Positions 37,517-51,346 of a stretch of 64,000 nt of DNA are shown here, piece by piece. Made by a program: the position numbers and the translations under genes. Every line of letters begins with the position of its first letter. Positions within the stretch are counted from its first letter, which is position 1. Origin of the DNA: Squalus acanthias (lineage: Eukaryota); assembly GCA_030390025.1 (NCBI GenBank), contig CM059428.1:148242001-148306000 (forward strand), written 5' to 3'. A model generated the notes under the pieces. That model ran no database searches. It worked only from the letters and a program-made list of their open reading frames with translations, and was not told the DNA's origin.

Positions 37517-40500
37517 TTGTGTTGATCTATTTTGATTGCTTTCTGTAGCTTTCCTGTGGTTTTGAACCATACCGCCCATATAATCTGTACTCCGTGACAC
37601 CGCTTTTGTTTTAATTGAAGCAACCCTTGCAGAAAATTTCAGCAACTGTTTCCAGTGGTGACTACCTGCGTAACTGATGCTTCTGTGACAAGATGGGGAG
37701 TTTGCTTTAACAAACACATGAAAAAGAACAGGGCCAAGTAAACAAAAAGAGAAGTAGTCATTCAGCCCATCTCACTCACCCTGCTGCTTAACTCTTTGTT
37801 CTGAGCTGTGTACAACCATTTTATCTCCCACCTGCCGAGGGGGCAATTGTTCTGATGGAATGGTAAAGACCGATATCAGGAAGTATTTCTTTGCACAGAG
37901 GGTGATCGACAGCCAAAAACAGTCGCCAGGAAGGGTCGGTCCTGTCGGGACACTGGACTTACTTAAGAAACATTTTCGATTGCTGCAATGGGAAGACGGC
38001 CTGCTCAGGTATTCTGGAAGGATGCGATCAAATGGGCTGAGGAGCCCTCGTCATCCCAATGTTGTGTTTCAGAAATAAATGTGTTGAAGTATTCACTCTG
38101 TCGATGCACTCGCCCACTCACTGCCACCAATGAATGCACTCAAGTGCAAGAAGATGTGCCAAATTCTAATGGAACTCGTTTTACACGTGGTTCAGCTGTT
38201 GCAGTATCCCTTCTCATTCCCCTTCGCTCGGTGTGCAACAGGAGCATTTTCGGCAGGCCACTGGCCTGGAACGCCAAAGCACCAGCTCAGATATACCCAA
38301 CCCGAGGGATTTGTCCATTGACAGCGACAGCATTGGGTTAGTCACAAAGCACAGGTGGGCAGGAGGTGATGGAGGCAAAGGAGAAGCAGGAGCCCTGCCT
38401 TCCAAAGGGCCAGCTTGAGTCATTCCGGAGCAAAGGGATGCAGACCTCAATGGGCTGGCTTTAAAAAAGGATGCTTTCTGAGCACAGACGTGTGATACAG
38501 TTGGTGGACAATTTGGCAAACAGCCTGAAACAGCTGAAGATCATTTTGAAGAGTCACCCTAGAGTGTGTGGAAAATCCAAGGACACTGCAGTGGAGACCC
38601 CATAGGCATATTGGTCTCCATTATCCTACCGACTCCCTGCTCTGGTTTTCAGATGCTGTCAGGTCAAATTAAAAGAATCACGGCCAAGGGCTTCACTTAT
38701 CTCATCAGTGCGACTAGGTTGACTGTCATGTAAGTTAGTAGGCATGGCGAGACTGGGCCCATCAACCAGGGCATGGCTGGAACTTGCAGAGAGGAATATG
38801 CTGCCACACACCTGGAACCACCCAGCATCCCCCTTCATTACTCTACACGTGCCAGAAAATGGGCACTACCAGACTGCCCTAGCAGCAGTGGGCACAGTGC
38901 GGCCAATAGCTGGGTCACCTCAAGACCCAGCTCAAGGAGGCAGTGGGCCACCTCAGCCCCAAGGATCTTCAACTGACACTCAAAATCAGTCACGTCACTG
39001 ACTTCAGCCACTGCAGGAAGCACATAGGCGGAGTGGCAGATTAGGTTCGAGAGCACATAAATTATTATATTTTCAGAAAAGGGAAGCACAATGATACATG
39101 ACAGTCAGTTCACACGCACAAAACATTTATACAGGGAATAAATATCTGGCACCACTTAAGTAGTTCTGTGTCCAAAAATGTTCTTACTGTTGTCTCATAT
39201 AATGGCTCATCAGAAGAAAGGAAGGGGATAAATGGGAGTTGAGATGCAGCACTGGCGAATATTAGATAGCGTGTGTCATAAGACTGATGACTGTTTATAC
39301 ATTGGGGAGACTGAAGGACTTATTATGAATCTATGGAAGGAAGACTGGCAGATATGTGATGTCCCCTGTGAGTATTTAGAAGGTTCCCACAGGTTATCAA
39401 ATAGAATAGGGGATTGTAATAGGAATGTATTGTGTTAAGAAGATTGAATGCTAATTGGAGGTGAATAGTAGTACAGTAGTATCCAAGGGGAGAAATTGGT
39501 CCTCGTCATGCCCATTTTTGGCCTAAACATGTGGAGGGGAAAAGGGGACAATTTTGGATCGCGATCTCTCACAGCTGATCTCCCCCAGAATTGTGCCAGC
39601 TGCCAAATCGAAACCAGTGACTTCCAAGTGTCCATGATGCCCGTCTGAAACAGGCGTTAGACACCTTGAATATGCAAATCAGGGTCTTAGAGCCTGTCTC
39701 AGGACCCTGTCCTAAATTCGTCATCAACTGAGGGAGTCTGCTCACTTTTTTCGAGTCCTTAAAGTGACTAAAGGAGACTGTAAACAGAAAGGTACTTTTT
39801 TTATACTTTTGTTTCTGTGGAGCCAGGAGGAGCAGGAGCGCTCCACAATAATACCATGGGCCGCTGTAGGCCCAGGCCCACTATTAGAGTTGTATTATTG
39901 AGTGCGCCTTTCTGCAGGTCACACTGAGCCAGTCACAAAGGGACCTCCACACATGCATGCTTGGCCATGCACAGAGCTTAATTCCCCAGGTGGTTAGCTT
40001 TAAATATTAAAAGAGCACAGAGGAATGTCCACTTTCTCCTCACACTAAAAAGATTCTGGACAAAGTTTCAAAAGTTCAAGAAATCCAAAGGACTGCTTGG
40101 TTTTAGTGCATTCAGGACTCAGAATGGAGTCAGACTCCTAAATTATTCTTCCATTCAAATCGATGTGCGCCCAAAACCACTTTACTGAAGAGAAAGCGAT
40201 ACTATAACAAAAAACAAATGGAGACGGATAATAAGCTTTTGGTATCTGATAAACTTTTTGGAGGGTAACAAATATTTTTTTATGTGAGCGAGAGAAACTC
40301 TCATGTCTCATTTCTTTCCTTTATTTCACTTTCTGTCTCCTTACTTTGCCCTTCTATGTTTCTTTTTCTATTTTCATTTCTCTGTGTGTGTCAGTGCCTT
40401 CTGTTTTTCTCCATTCATTCTCTGTGTAATAGCAGCTATTCAAAAAAGTAATAGATATTTATCAATATAATAAAAGTGTGATCAATGTTTGAAATATTCT

Positions 40501-42480
40501 GCCAGAGCAGATAGTAGAGATAAGGCAGGTGGCATGCAAAACGCAGTGGGATATTAGAATGGGTGAACTAGAGAAACCAGCTTTGATAGGCTGAATAACC
40601 TGTCCCTGTCCTTGATTGTTCTAATGTATCTCCTTACTTTATCTTAGCCCTCTCCATGTCCTTTCTGTATTTCTTTTCTCTTTTCATTGCTGTGTTTCTT
40701 TTGTGTGTGCGTCTAGTTCCTCTCAGTTTTCCAATATCCTTCTGTTTCTATATCTCATTTCTCTTTTTTTTTTAATTCTGCATGTCTCCTTTCTATCTTT
40801 GTTAGTACTTGGGGAGCAATTTCACTGTGACGGGACAGCTCCAGGAATGTTCCTAGGGTCAAATCACTTATCAACTGGCGATGTCATTCATTACACTGCT
40901 CCCACCTCTGCCTCAGCAATAGAACATTAAATCATAGTGATAGAACAACAAAGAATATAATAGAATTGATGTAATCCGTTTGATGCCACTAAAAGCAACA
41001 TAAAACATAGAAAGAGAAAGGGCCGTTCAACTCTTCAAGCCCAATCCCATCACAGACCATGCACAATGTGTTCTATCATGGATTCTACCCAATCCATTTC
41101 ATCTCCCGAGAAAAGACTCTGTAAATGTTTTCCCTGGCTCCAAAAGTAAATGAAAAGAACTATAGAATATCTATTCTACCTTACATCCTACATTATTCAT
41201 CATTAATCTGAGACCGGTTGCCTTCCTTAGGATGATATTTCCACGCTCTCAGGTGCACAGAAACATTTGTGTCTCACAGAGGGCTGCTTTCAAACAGATC
41301 ATTAAAAAAAAAATCTCTACTGCTTTCCATACTTATTTCTTCAGATGCACAGGGCAATATGACTTCCAAAAAGGATTATTATTGCAACAGCAAACCCAAA
41401 TGTGACAAAGACATATTTTCTACGCTTTCTATAATTGCTGGCTTGGAATGTATTAACAAGGCTGTAGATGTAGCTCTATTGAGGAGTTTAGATTACCTCA
41501 TAAACTGTGAAAACAATCGCTCAATCAGTTTAAAAAGTCATCTAGATGCTGAGATTGTGTTACACACGTGTAAATCCATGATCTAAACCAGCTGTTAGTA
41601 TGTACAATAAATGTAGTTTACTTTTGTGAATGTTTAATCAGGCTTCAGTGCTGTGAGGGATAATGTGAATAAGCTGCCTTTACAATGGATGCATCATGTG
41701 ACCAGCTGCTTCAAGTAACCATTCGTTAACATTTTCTCTTTCTCTACCTCCCTGTCTTTCTAACACACTCAGCTCTTGTTAAATGTAACACTATAGTGCT
41801 GTTAATGAAGAATTTTTACGTTGGGTCCAGTTAAACTGCCAACTTCACTTCGATAAGAACATAAGAACATAAGAAATAGGAGCAGGAGCAGGCCATTCAG
41901 CCCCTCGAACCTGCTCCGCCATTTAATGAGATCATGGCTGATCCGATTTTGGCCTCAACTCTACTTTCCTGCCTGCTCCCCATAACCCTTGACTCCCCTG
42001 TTGCTCAAAAATCTGTCTATCTCAGCCTTGAATATATTCAATGAATCAGCTTCCAAAGCTCTCTGGGGTAAAGAATTCCAAAGATTCACGACCCTCTGAG
42101 AGAAGAAATTCCTCCTCATCTCCATCTTAAATGGGCGACCCCTTATTCTGAGACTATGCCCCCTCGTTCTAGATTCCCTGACGAGGGGAAACATCCTCTC
42201 AGCATCTACCCTGTCCAACCCCCTCAGAATTTTATATGTTTCAATAAGATCACCTCTCACTCTTCTAAACTCCAATGAGTATAGGCCCAACCTGCTCAAT
42301 GTTTCCTCATAAGACAACCCTTCCATCCCAGGAATCAACCTAGTGAACCTTCTCTGAACTGCCTCCAATGCAAGTATATTCCTCCTTAAATAAGGGGACC
42401 AAAACTGTACACAGTGCTCTAGATGTGGTCTCACAGTTGTAGCAAGACTTCCCTACTTTTAGACTCTATCCCCCTTGAAA

Positions 42481-42696
42481 TTGGGAGCAGCAGCGAGAGC
42501 GGACCGACCTGTGAGGGAACCGGCGAAGGAGGAGCTGAGGAAATAAAGCCCGAGGCTTGAGGCCCAGACTGAGCTATTGGGAGCAGCAGCGAGAGCAGAC
42601 CAACCTGTGAGGGAACAGGCGAAGGAGGAGTGAGGAAATAAAGCCCGAGGCTCGAGGCCCAGACCGAGCTATTGGGAGCAGCAGCGAGAGCGGACC
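42481..42696 (+). repeat. Tandem ~95-96-bp monomers (2.3 copies) at the CR1 5' end
   Basis: ttgggagcagcagcgagagc recurs at 42481, 42577 and 42672. Confidence 0.9.
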
Positions 42697-45272
42697 TCAA
42701 CAGGCAACATTCGAAAGTGACATCAGAGATTTAAAGTGATGTCGGCACAAGGGAAGCAGCTGATTGGTAAGTAGGACCTGGTGAGTATTTCTACAGTCCA
42801 GTCGTTAAAGTAAAAGTAAGGTCTCTAGTTTAGAGTAAGTAGTGTTTAAAATGAAGTAAGGTCCTTAGTGTATTTAATATTCTTTAATTTAAAGGAAGTA
42901 AAGGGAGTAAATTAAGGGTAGGACATGGCAGGGCAGCTCGGCAGCGTGGAGTGCTCCTCCTGTGCTATGTGGGAGTCAGGGACACTTTTGGTGTCCAGGG
43001 CGAACACGTGTGTAGGAAGTGTCTCCAGCTGCAGCTACTCGAAATCTGCGTTTCGGAGCTGGAGCTGCGGCTGGAGTCACTGGGGAGCATACGCGAGGCT
43101 GAGATCTTCGTGGATAGCACGTTTAACGAGGTGGTCACACCACAGGTAAAGAGTGCACAGGCAGACAGGGAATGGGTGACCGCCAGACAAAGTAAAAGAA
43201 CTAGGAAGGTAGTGCAGGAGTCCCCTGGGTCCATCTCCCTTTCTAACAGATTTTCCGTTTTGGATACTGCTGGGGGAGATGGTTTCTCAGGGGAATGCAG
43301 CAAGAGTCAAGTCCGTGGCACTATGAGTGGCTCAGCTGCACAGGAGGGGAGGAAAAAGAGTGGGAGAGCAATAGTGATAGGGGATTCTATCGTAAGGGGA
43401 ACAGATAGACATTTCTGTGGCCGCAGACGTGACTCCAGGATGGTATGTTGTAAAAGCTTCTATAGGTATGTAAAAAGGAAAAGACTGGCGAAGGTAAATG
43501 TAGGTCTTTTACAGTCAGAGACAGGAGAATTTATAATGGGGAATGAGGAAATGGCAGAGAAATTAAATAAATACTTTGTTTCTGTCTTCACGGAGGAAGA
43601 CACAAAAAACCTCCCAGAAATACGAGAAAACCAAGGGTGTGACGCAAATGATTAGTAAAAAAACAGTACTAGCAAAATTAATGGGACTAAAAGTCGATAA
43701 ATCTCAAGGACCAGATGACCTACATCCTAGGGTTTTGAAAGAGGTGGCCGTTGGAATAGTGAACGCATTGGTTGTCATCTTCCAAAATTCTATAGATTCT
43801 GGAACGGTTCCTGCAGATTGGAGGATAGCAAATGTAACCCCGCTATTTAAGAAAGGAGGGAGAGAGAAAACGGGGAACTACAGACCTGTTAGCCTCACAT
43901 CAGTAGTTGGGAAAATGCTGGAATCTATTATAAAGGATGCAATAACTGGGCACTTAGAAACTAATAGTAAGATTGGGCAGAGTCAACATGGATTTATGAA
44001 AGGGAAATCCTGTTTGACAAACCTACTGGAGTTCTTTGAGGATGTAACTAGTGGAGTAGACAAAGGGGAACCGGTAGGTGTGGTATATCTGGATTTTCAG
44101 AAGGCCTTCGATAAGGTCCCACACAAGAGGTTGGTGAACAAAATTAGGGCACATGGAATTGGGGGTAATATACTAGCATGGATTGAGAATTGGTTAACAG
44201 ACTGAAAACAAAGAGTAGGGATAAACGGGTCTTTTTCAGGATGGCAGGCTGTGACTAGTGGGGTACTGCAAGGATCGGTGCTGGGCCCCAGCTATTCACA
44301 ATCTATATCAATGATTTGGATGAGGGGACTAAATGTAACATTTCCAAATTTGCTGATGATACAAAGCTAAGTGGCAGTGTCGGTTGTGAAGAGGATGTGA
44401 AGAGGCTTCAAGGGGATCTCGACAGGCTCAGTGAGTGGGCGAGAACATGGGAATATAATGTGGATAAATGTGAAGTTATCCACTTTGGTAGAAAAAAACA
44501 GAAAGGCAGAGTATTTCCTAAATGGTGAAAGATTGGGGAATGCAGATGCTCAAAGGGACCTGGATGTCCTTGTACATGAGTCACTGAAAGTGAATGTGCA
44601 GGTGCAGCAAGCCATTAGGAAGGCAAATGGTATGCTGGCCTTCATTACAAGAGGATTTGAGTACAGGAGTAAAGAAGTCTTACTCCAATTATATAGGGCC
44701 TTGGTGAGACCACACCTGGAGTACTATGTACAATTTTGGTCTCCTTACCTAAGGAAGGATATACTTGCCATAGAGGGAGTACAATGAAGGTTCACGAGAT
44801 TGATTCCTGGGATGGCAGGACTGTCGTATGAGAAGAGATTGCGTAAACTAGGCCTGTATTCTCTTGAATTCAGAAGAATGGGAGGGGATCTCATTGAAGC
44901 ATACAAAATTATTACGGGGCTTGATAGGATGGATGCTGGGAGAATGTTTCCCTTGGCTGGGGAGTCTAGAACCAGGGGCCACAGCCTCAAGATAAAGGGT
45001 AGGCCATTCAAGACTGAGATGAGAAGAAATTTCTTCACACAGAGGGTGGTGAATCTTTGAATTCTCTACCCCAGAGGGCTGTAGAGGCTCAGTCATTGGG
45101 TATATTCAAAACAGAAGTCGATAGATTTCTGACTAGTAAGGGCATCAAGGGATATGGCGATAGGGCCGGTGAATGGAGTTGAGGCAGAAGATCAGCCATG
45201 ATCTCATTGAATGGCAGAGCAGGCTCGAAGTGCCGAATGGCCTACTCCTGCTCCTATTTCTTATGTTCTTAT
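42482..45272 (+). mobile_element. CR1-type LINE with 5' tandem monomers, partial ORF1 and internal deletion
   Basis: ORF1 with CxxC zinc-finger/leucine-zipper region and esterase motif IVIGDSIVRG, fused to ORF2 KSFYRYV. RT at 43576-44800; 3' tail ttcttatg; tgaaat duplicated at both junctions with the host LINE. Confidence 0.9.
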
Positions 45273-48200
45273 GAAATAAAGGCCAACATTCCATTTGCCT
45301 TCCTAATTACTTGCTGCACCTGCATGTTAACTTTTTGTGTTTCATGTACGAGGACACCCAAATCCCTCTGTACCGCCACATTCTGTAGTCTTTCTCCATT
45401 TAAATAATATTTTTCTTTTCTATTCTTCCTACCAAAGTGGATAACTTCACATTTTCCCACATTATACTCCATCTGCCAAATTCTTGCCCACTCACTTAAC
45501 CTATCTATATCCCTTTGCAGACTCTTTATGTCCTCCTCACAACTTGCTTTCCCACCTATCTTTGTCTCGTCTGCAAATTTGGCTACAATACACTCGCTTC
45601 CTTCATCCAAGTCATTAATATAGATTGAAAATAGTTGAGGCCCCAGCACTGATCCCTGTGGTACCCCGCTAGTTACAGATTGCCATCCTGAAAATTATTT
45701 ATCCTGACTCTCTGTTTTCTGTTAGTTAGCCAATCCTCTATCCAATCTAATATATTACCCCCAACACCATGAGCTCTTATCTTATGCAGTAACCTTTTAT
45801 GTGGCACCTTGTCGAATGCCTTTTGGAGATCCAAATACACTACATCTACTGGTTCCCCTTTATCCACCCTGCTCATTACCTCCTCAAAGCACTCTAATAG
45901 ATTTGTCAAACACGATTTCCCTTTCATAAAACCATGTTGACTCTGTTTGATTGTATTATGATTTTCTAAAGGTCCTGCTACTACTTCCTTAATAATTGAT
46001 TCGAGCATTTTGCCAATGACAGATGTTAGGCTAACTGGCCTATTGTTTCCTGCTTTCTGTCTCCCTCCTTTTTTGAATATCCGTTACATTTGCGGTTTTC
46101 CAATCCACATGGACTTTTCCAGAGACAAGGGAATTTTGGAAGATTACAACCAATGCATCCACTATCTCTGTAGCCACTTCTTTTAAGACCCTAGGATGCA
46201 GGCCATCAGGTCCAGGGGACTTGTCAGCCTTTCGACCCATAAGTTTGCCTAGCACTTTTTCTCTAGTGATCGTGATTGTTTTAAGTTCCTCCCTCCCTTT
46301 TGCCCCTTGATTTTCTACTATTACTAGGATGTTTTTAGTGTCCTCTACTGTGAAGACAGATACAAAATATTTGTTCAATGCCTCTGCCATTTCCTTGTTT
46401 CCCATTATTATTTCCCCAGTCCCGTCCTCTAAGGGACCAATGTTTATTTCAGCTACTCTCTTCCTTTTTATATACTTGTAGAAGCTCTTACTGTCAGTTT
46501 TTATATTTCTTGCTAGTTTACTCTCATAAGCTATTTTCTCCCTCTTTATTATTTTTTTAGTCTTCCTTTGCTAATTTCTAAAATTTTCCCAATCTTCTGG
46601 CCTACCACTAATCTTTACAGCATTGTATGCCTTTTCTTTCAATTTGATACCATCCTTAACTTCCTTGGTTAGCCATGGTTGGTTCATCCTTCTCTTCGAG
46701 TCTTTCTTTCTCACTGAAATATATCTTTGTTGAGAGTCATGCCACTGCTTTTCTACTGTCTAACCTTCTAATCTATTTTCCCAGTCCACTTTAGCCAACT
46801 CTCTCCTCATACCTTTGTAATTGCCTTTATTTAAGTTTAATACTCTAGTTTCAGACCCAAGTTTCTCACCTTCAAACTGAATGTGGAATTCTATCATGTT
46901 ATGATCACTCTTCCCTAGAGGATCCTTTACTATGAGATCATTAATTAATCCTGTTTCATTACACATTACCAGATCTAAAATAGTCTGTTCCCTGGTTGGT
47001 TCCACAACGTATTGTTCCAAGAAACTGTCCCAAATACACTCTATGAACTCATCCTCAAGGCTGCTTTTGCCAATTTGATTTGTCCAATCTATATGAAGAT
47101 TAAAATTGCCCACGATTATTGCAGTACCTTTCTTACAAGCCCCCATTATTTCTTGATTTATACTTTGTCCTATAGTGTAGCTACTGTTAGGGGGCCTATA
47201 GACTACTCCCACCAGTGCCTTCTTTCCCTTACTATTTCTTACCTCCACCCAAATTGATTCTACATCTGGAACCTCTGAGCCAAGTTCATTTCTCACTATT
47301 GTACTGATCTCATCCTTTATTAACAGAGCTACCCCACCTCCTTTTCCCTTCTGTCTATCCTTCCAAAATGTCAAATACCCCTGAATATTCAGTTCCCAGC
47401 CTTGGTCACATTGCAACCACGTCTCTGTGATGGCTATTAGATCATACCCATTTATTTCTATTTGTGCCATCAATTCATTTATCTTGTTACGAATGCTGCG
47501 TGCATTCAGATAAAGAGCCTTTAATTTTGTCTTTTTATCATTTTTCCCTACTCTGACCCTATTTGCTGGTGCACTCTTATTTTTGTACGCTCTGTCCCTT
47601 CCTGTCACACTCTGGTTTTCATTGCCCATATTGCTACCCTGCACTATTGCCCTGTCCTTTCTCTTTAACTTTCTAAATTTTCCCTCGCTTGAATCCTGCC
47701 CCCCCACTACTTAATTTAAAGCCCTATCTACAACCCTAGTTATTCGATGGAAAACAGTTTGTGTGCACATCAATACAAAAATGGTATGATACCTCAGGAG
47801 ATAGCTAAGAGTTGAGGTCTGAGACCAGTCTGTTATCGTGCCAGGATGTGTAATATAAGAGACAGTAAAGAAAATGAAGGTCAAAATGGTTGTGTTTAGG
47901 AATGCCAATCAGGTAATATTTCCTGAATATATTTCCAGGGTAACCAGGATTTCAATAAACATGTGGCACACTGTAGGAGATAAGCAATGAATCAAACACT
48001 TTTGTAAAATTACCTTTCTGAAACTAACTGTGAAATAATTTATTTTGGGTTCAGACAATTATTAAAATGCAAAATCCAATTGACTCTCCAAACAAAACTA
48101 AATAGCAATTTTTCTCACCACCAACTGTCCTTGGCCTTAACATCAGGGTTGAGCAGGGCTGTGTAACAAACTGGTTTGAAAGTCCTAGTGCCAGCTAGTG

Positions 48201-48602
48201 GGAAACATTTGACTTGGGAGGTGTCCCAGTTACGGTCAGATTGCCTTTGCTTCCATTCTATACACAAGTCAAGTGAGTAGTAATTTAGTAGATGACCAGG
48301 TCTAACGTTATCAAACACTGCCTTGTGTTGCAGTTTAAATTACTTATTCAGCTCAATTTGGAGGCTAATTACCATGCCAAAGTATAGGTACATGTTTGAA
48401 AGATTTCTAAGTCATATGAGAAATAGATTATTTTGCTGCCAATTGCTGCAGATTCTGGCACTTTCAGATAAAGATACAGGAATCTTCATAATTGAATAGC
48501 TACAAATAATTGTTGTAAGCAAAATAAATTATTTCACAGTTATTTTAGAAAGGCCATTTTACAAAATTGTTTGATTCATTGCTTATCTCTGCAATGGACC
48601 AT

Positions 48603-48689
48603 GGGGGAAAAATTTGGTTGCTTTGCGCCTCCTGTTAGCACGCTAAGAGTAGTGCCCCGGCGAAGTTAGCGCGACTCAATTTCTCCCCC
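48603..48689. mobile_element. 87-bp mini-MITE of the same terminus family, CAT TSD
   Basis: gggggaaaaatt...aatttctccccc flanked by cat/cat; shares ttgcgcctcc(t/c)gttagc with 51781. Confidence 0.75.
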
Positions 48690-48859
48690 CATATGTTTAT
48701 TGCAATTGTGCTAATCCTAGAAATGTCCACAAAGAGAAGTTCTGGAAAATATATCTGATTGGCATCCCTGAATAATGGTATTCTGACCTTCATTTTCTTT
48801 GGTGTCTCCCAAAGTTACTGCTCTTTATTATATAGTAATTTTAGACGATTAACACATTT

Positions 48860-49985
48860 TATGGTTGTGGGATAGAAAGCAGAAAGTAGGGGTGAATGAA
48901 TGTTTCTCGGATTGACAGCTTGCAAGTAGTGGTGTGCCCCAGGGATTTGTGCTGGGACCAATGTTCCCGTTAAACTGTGCGGTCTGGAGGTCCTGCGCAG
49001 GCCACTCAGTGGCTTTTAAATAGAAAAACCGCATGTGTGGAAATTTGAACGGGCCGCGCAGCCCGTTAAAGGGGTCACGCACCCAAAAAAAAATATTAGC
49101 AGGAACATTGGCTGGGACCTCTTTTGTTTTCCATTTATATAAATGATTTGGACATAGGCACAAGAGGAAAGCTTATCAAAGTTTGCTGATACCAAATTAA
49201 GGGGCATGGCAAACTGTGAGGAAGAATGCAGGAGACTGCAGGATGACCTAGATAGGTGACAGATGTGGGTCAATGCAAAGAGATATGCAATTATACATTT
49301 TGGGCAAAAGAATAGTGAAAGTAAGTCTACCCTAAATGGCAAGATGCTTAACAAAGTAGGGAAACAGAGACATCTAGGGGTGCAGGTGCATAGATCTTTA
49401 AAAATGAGGGTGCAGATAGCAATATCATAAAAAGGCATAATGGGATTCTGGATTTAATACATAGGGGCGTTAAATAGAAAAGCACGGAAGTGATGGTGAA
49501 TGTGGCTAGGCCACGTTCAATTATTATGTGCATTCCATTAAAGCAAGGATATTGGAGCCATGGAAAGAGTACAGTGAAGATTTACTAGAATGATACCAGG
49601 AATGAAAAGTTATAGTTATGGAAAAGACTTGAAATATTGTAGCTTTCTTCTCTTGAACGAGAAGGATATGGGGGAAGGTGTTCAAAATAATGAAAGGTTT
49701 GAGTGGGTAAATAGTTGAAAATTGTTTCCACTGGTTGGTGAATTGATAACAAAGATTTCCACTAGATGAACAGAGGGAAGTTAGAAGCAATTATTTGACA
49801 CATTATTAGAACATGAACAAGTGGCTATTGAGGCAGAGATTCTAACATCATTTAAAAGGCAATTGAATACATTCTTGAAAAGGAAGCATGTTGAAGGATA
49901 TGGGGAAAGGACAGAGAAATGGTAGATTAGAGTAGATAGCTTCAGATGAAGAGTTAGCAGCAGCACAGGAGCATTGAGCCGAATT
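48860..49985 (+). mobile_element. Old CR1 RT/3' fragment
   Basis: gtggtgtgccccagggatttgtgctggg (GVPQG.VLG), aagtttgctgatacc, tttactagaatgataccagg. Confidence 0.75.
48959..49110. mobile_element. hAT-type MITE, same family as 1013-1175, inserted in a CR1 RT region
   Basis: TIRs caatgttcc / ggaacattg; perfect 8-bp TSD gctgggac (48951-48958, 49111-49118). Confidence 0.88.
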
Positions 49986-50203
49986 CTAATTTCTGTAATA
50001 CTCTAAATCACTGTACCAGACACCCAAAAGAGAACTATTATTTTAAAATTAATGAACAGTCTGCATCGCATAATATCAACTCAAAACTCTCTACTTTATC
50101 AATGCTACCAAGATTAAAGCCTTCCAAATTCAAATTACCATCCTAAAAGCCTTTGCCCCTCCCTACATTCTCACTGTGTTGAAATTAATACTCATCACAC
50201 ATA

Positions 50204-50344
50204 GGGGGTGAATTTCTGCGGGCGTGCTCCTGCTTGTCCACCGTAACTTTGGCGGATGCGCCATGGAAACCCGTTCATGCTGGTTTCGACGGTTTCCAAA
50301 GCTATGCCAGACAAGCGGGAGACTCTCCGCAGAAATTCACCCCC
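50204..50344. mobile_element. Palindromic MITE
   Basis: gggggtgaatttctgcgg ... ccgcagaaattcaccccc (18-bp perfect TIR); flanks ata/aca. Confidence 0.75.
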
Positions 50345-51346
50345 ACAGTCTCCTACTTTAACTCTTTCGCAGGGCCTCAAAACTATGAAACTACTTTCCC
50401 ATCCGAGAATATTCAGGTTTTAAAACCAAACTTGGTATCACTGAATTACTACTACCTGATTCACCTCTTCCCTTTTACTCTTTACTCTACGTTCTTCCAA
50501 CTCTGGTCTCTTGTTTATCCCCGACTTCCTTCGCCCTACCATTGGTGGCCATACCTTCAGCCATCTAGGCCCTAAGCTCTGAAATTCCTCCCCCAAAACT
50601 CTTCGCCTCTCCATCACTCTCCTCCTTTAAGACTCGACTTAAAACCACTCTTTGACCGTGTTTGGTGACCTGTTCTAATGTCTCCTGCTTTGGCTCGGTG
50701 TCAATATTTGTCTGGTTATGCTCCTTCGAAGTGCCTTGGGATGTTTTACTACTTTAAAGGCGCTATATGAATGGAGGTTGGTGGTGGTGTTGTTGTTGCA
50801 ACCTTGTTCATGTCTGCAAGAAGGGCCTTGGCCTCTCACTTGGGTTTCTTGATATCAAAATACAGAATGCTTTAGCAGGCAATGGGTTTACTGCCTTACG
50901 ATGAAAAGCACAGTTGATTTTAACTACAGATAAATTTTGTTGCTTTTCAAAATTTCCATTCATTTAAGCAACCATTAAAATTCTGTGGAATTATATCAGC
51001 TCCAGACAGTACCCAAAGGTCCAGCACAATAATAACTAACTACAAGCTTTTGTTTAAAAGTATTTGTTGGATTAAAGCGATAACTTATAAAATGTAGTAA
51101 GTTTTCCAGTCTAGATGTTCTAGCAGATTATGAACGAACTCTGTAACATTCAGTTTAATATCCTGTGTGTTATTCTGCTTAACAACAACTTTATAATTAT
51201 AACTTGCAGTATATAATGAAAATGAGTTACATACTTCAGTTTAATGGTTAATCGGTGCATTGTTAAGTATGTGGCTTCAACTGCTTCTCAAATAAAAACT
51301 GCTATAAAACATTCAATTTCAGGAAAAATTACTGATCTCTTCTTAC

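Larger units (their letters stand above)
41854..47748 (-). mobile_element. CR1/HER1-type LINE (APE endonuclease + RT, degraded), split by a younger CR1
   Basis: ORF 46760-47707 has APE motifs (YLNARS, IAITETW, VYRPP, LDL, SDHN). RT pieces include QHGFMKGKSCLTNL, YLD.QKAFDKVPH and KFADETK; C-terminal RPHLEHCVQFWSP. 3' end is (ttcttatg)n. Confidence 0.92.

Noticed and set aside
43576-47707. Functional reverse transcriptase or endonuclease genes
   Set aside because: Fragmented by stops, frameshifts, deletions and nested insertion; these are dead CR1 copies.
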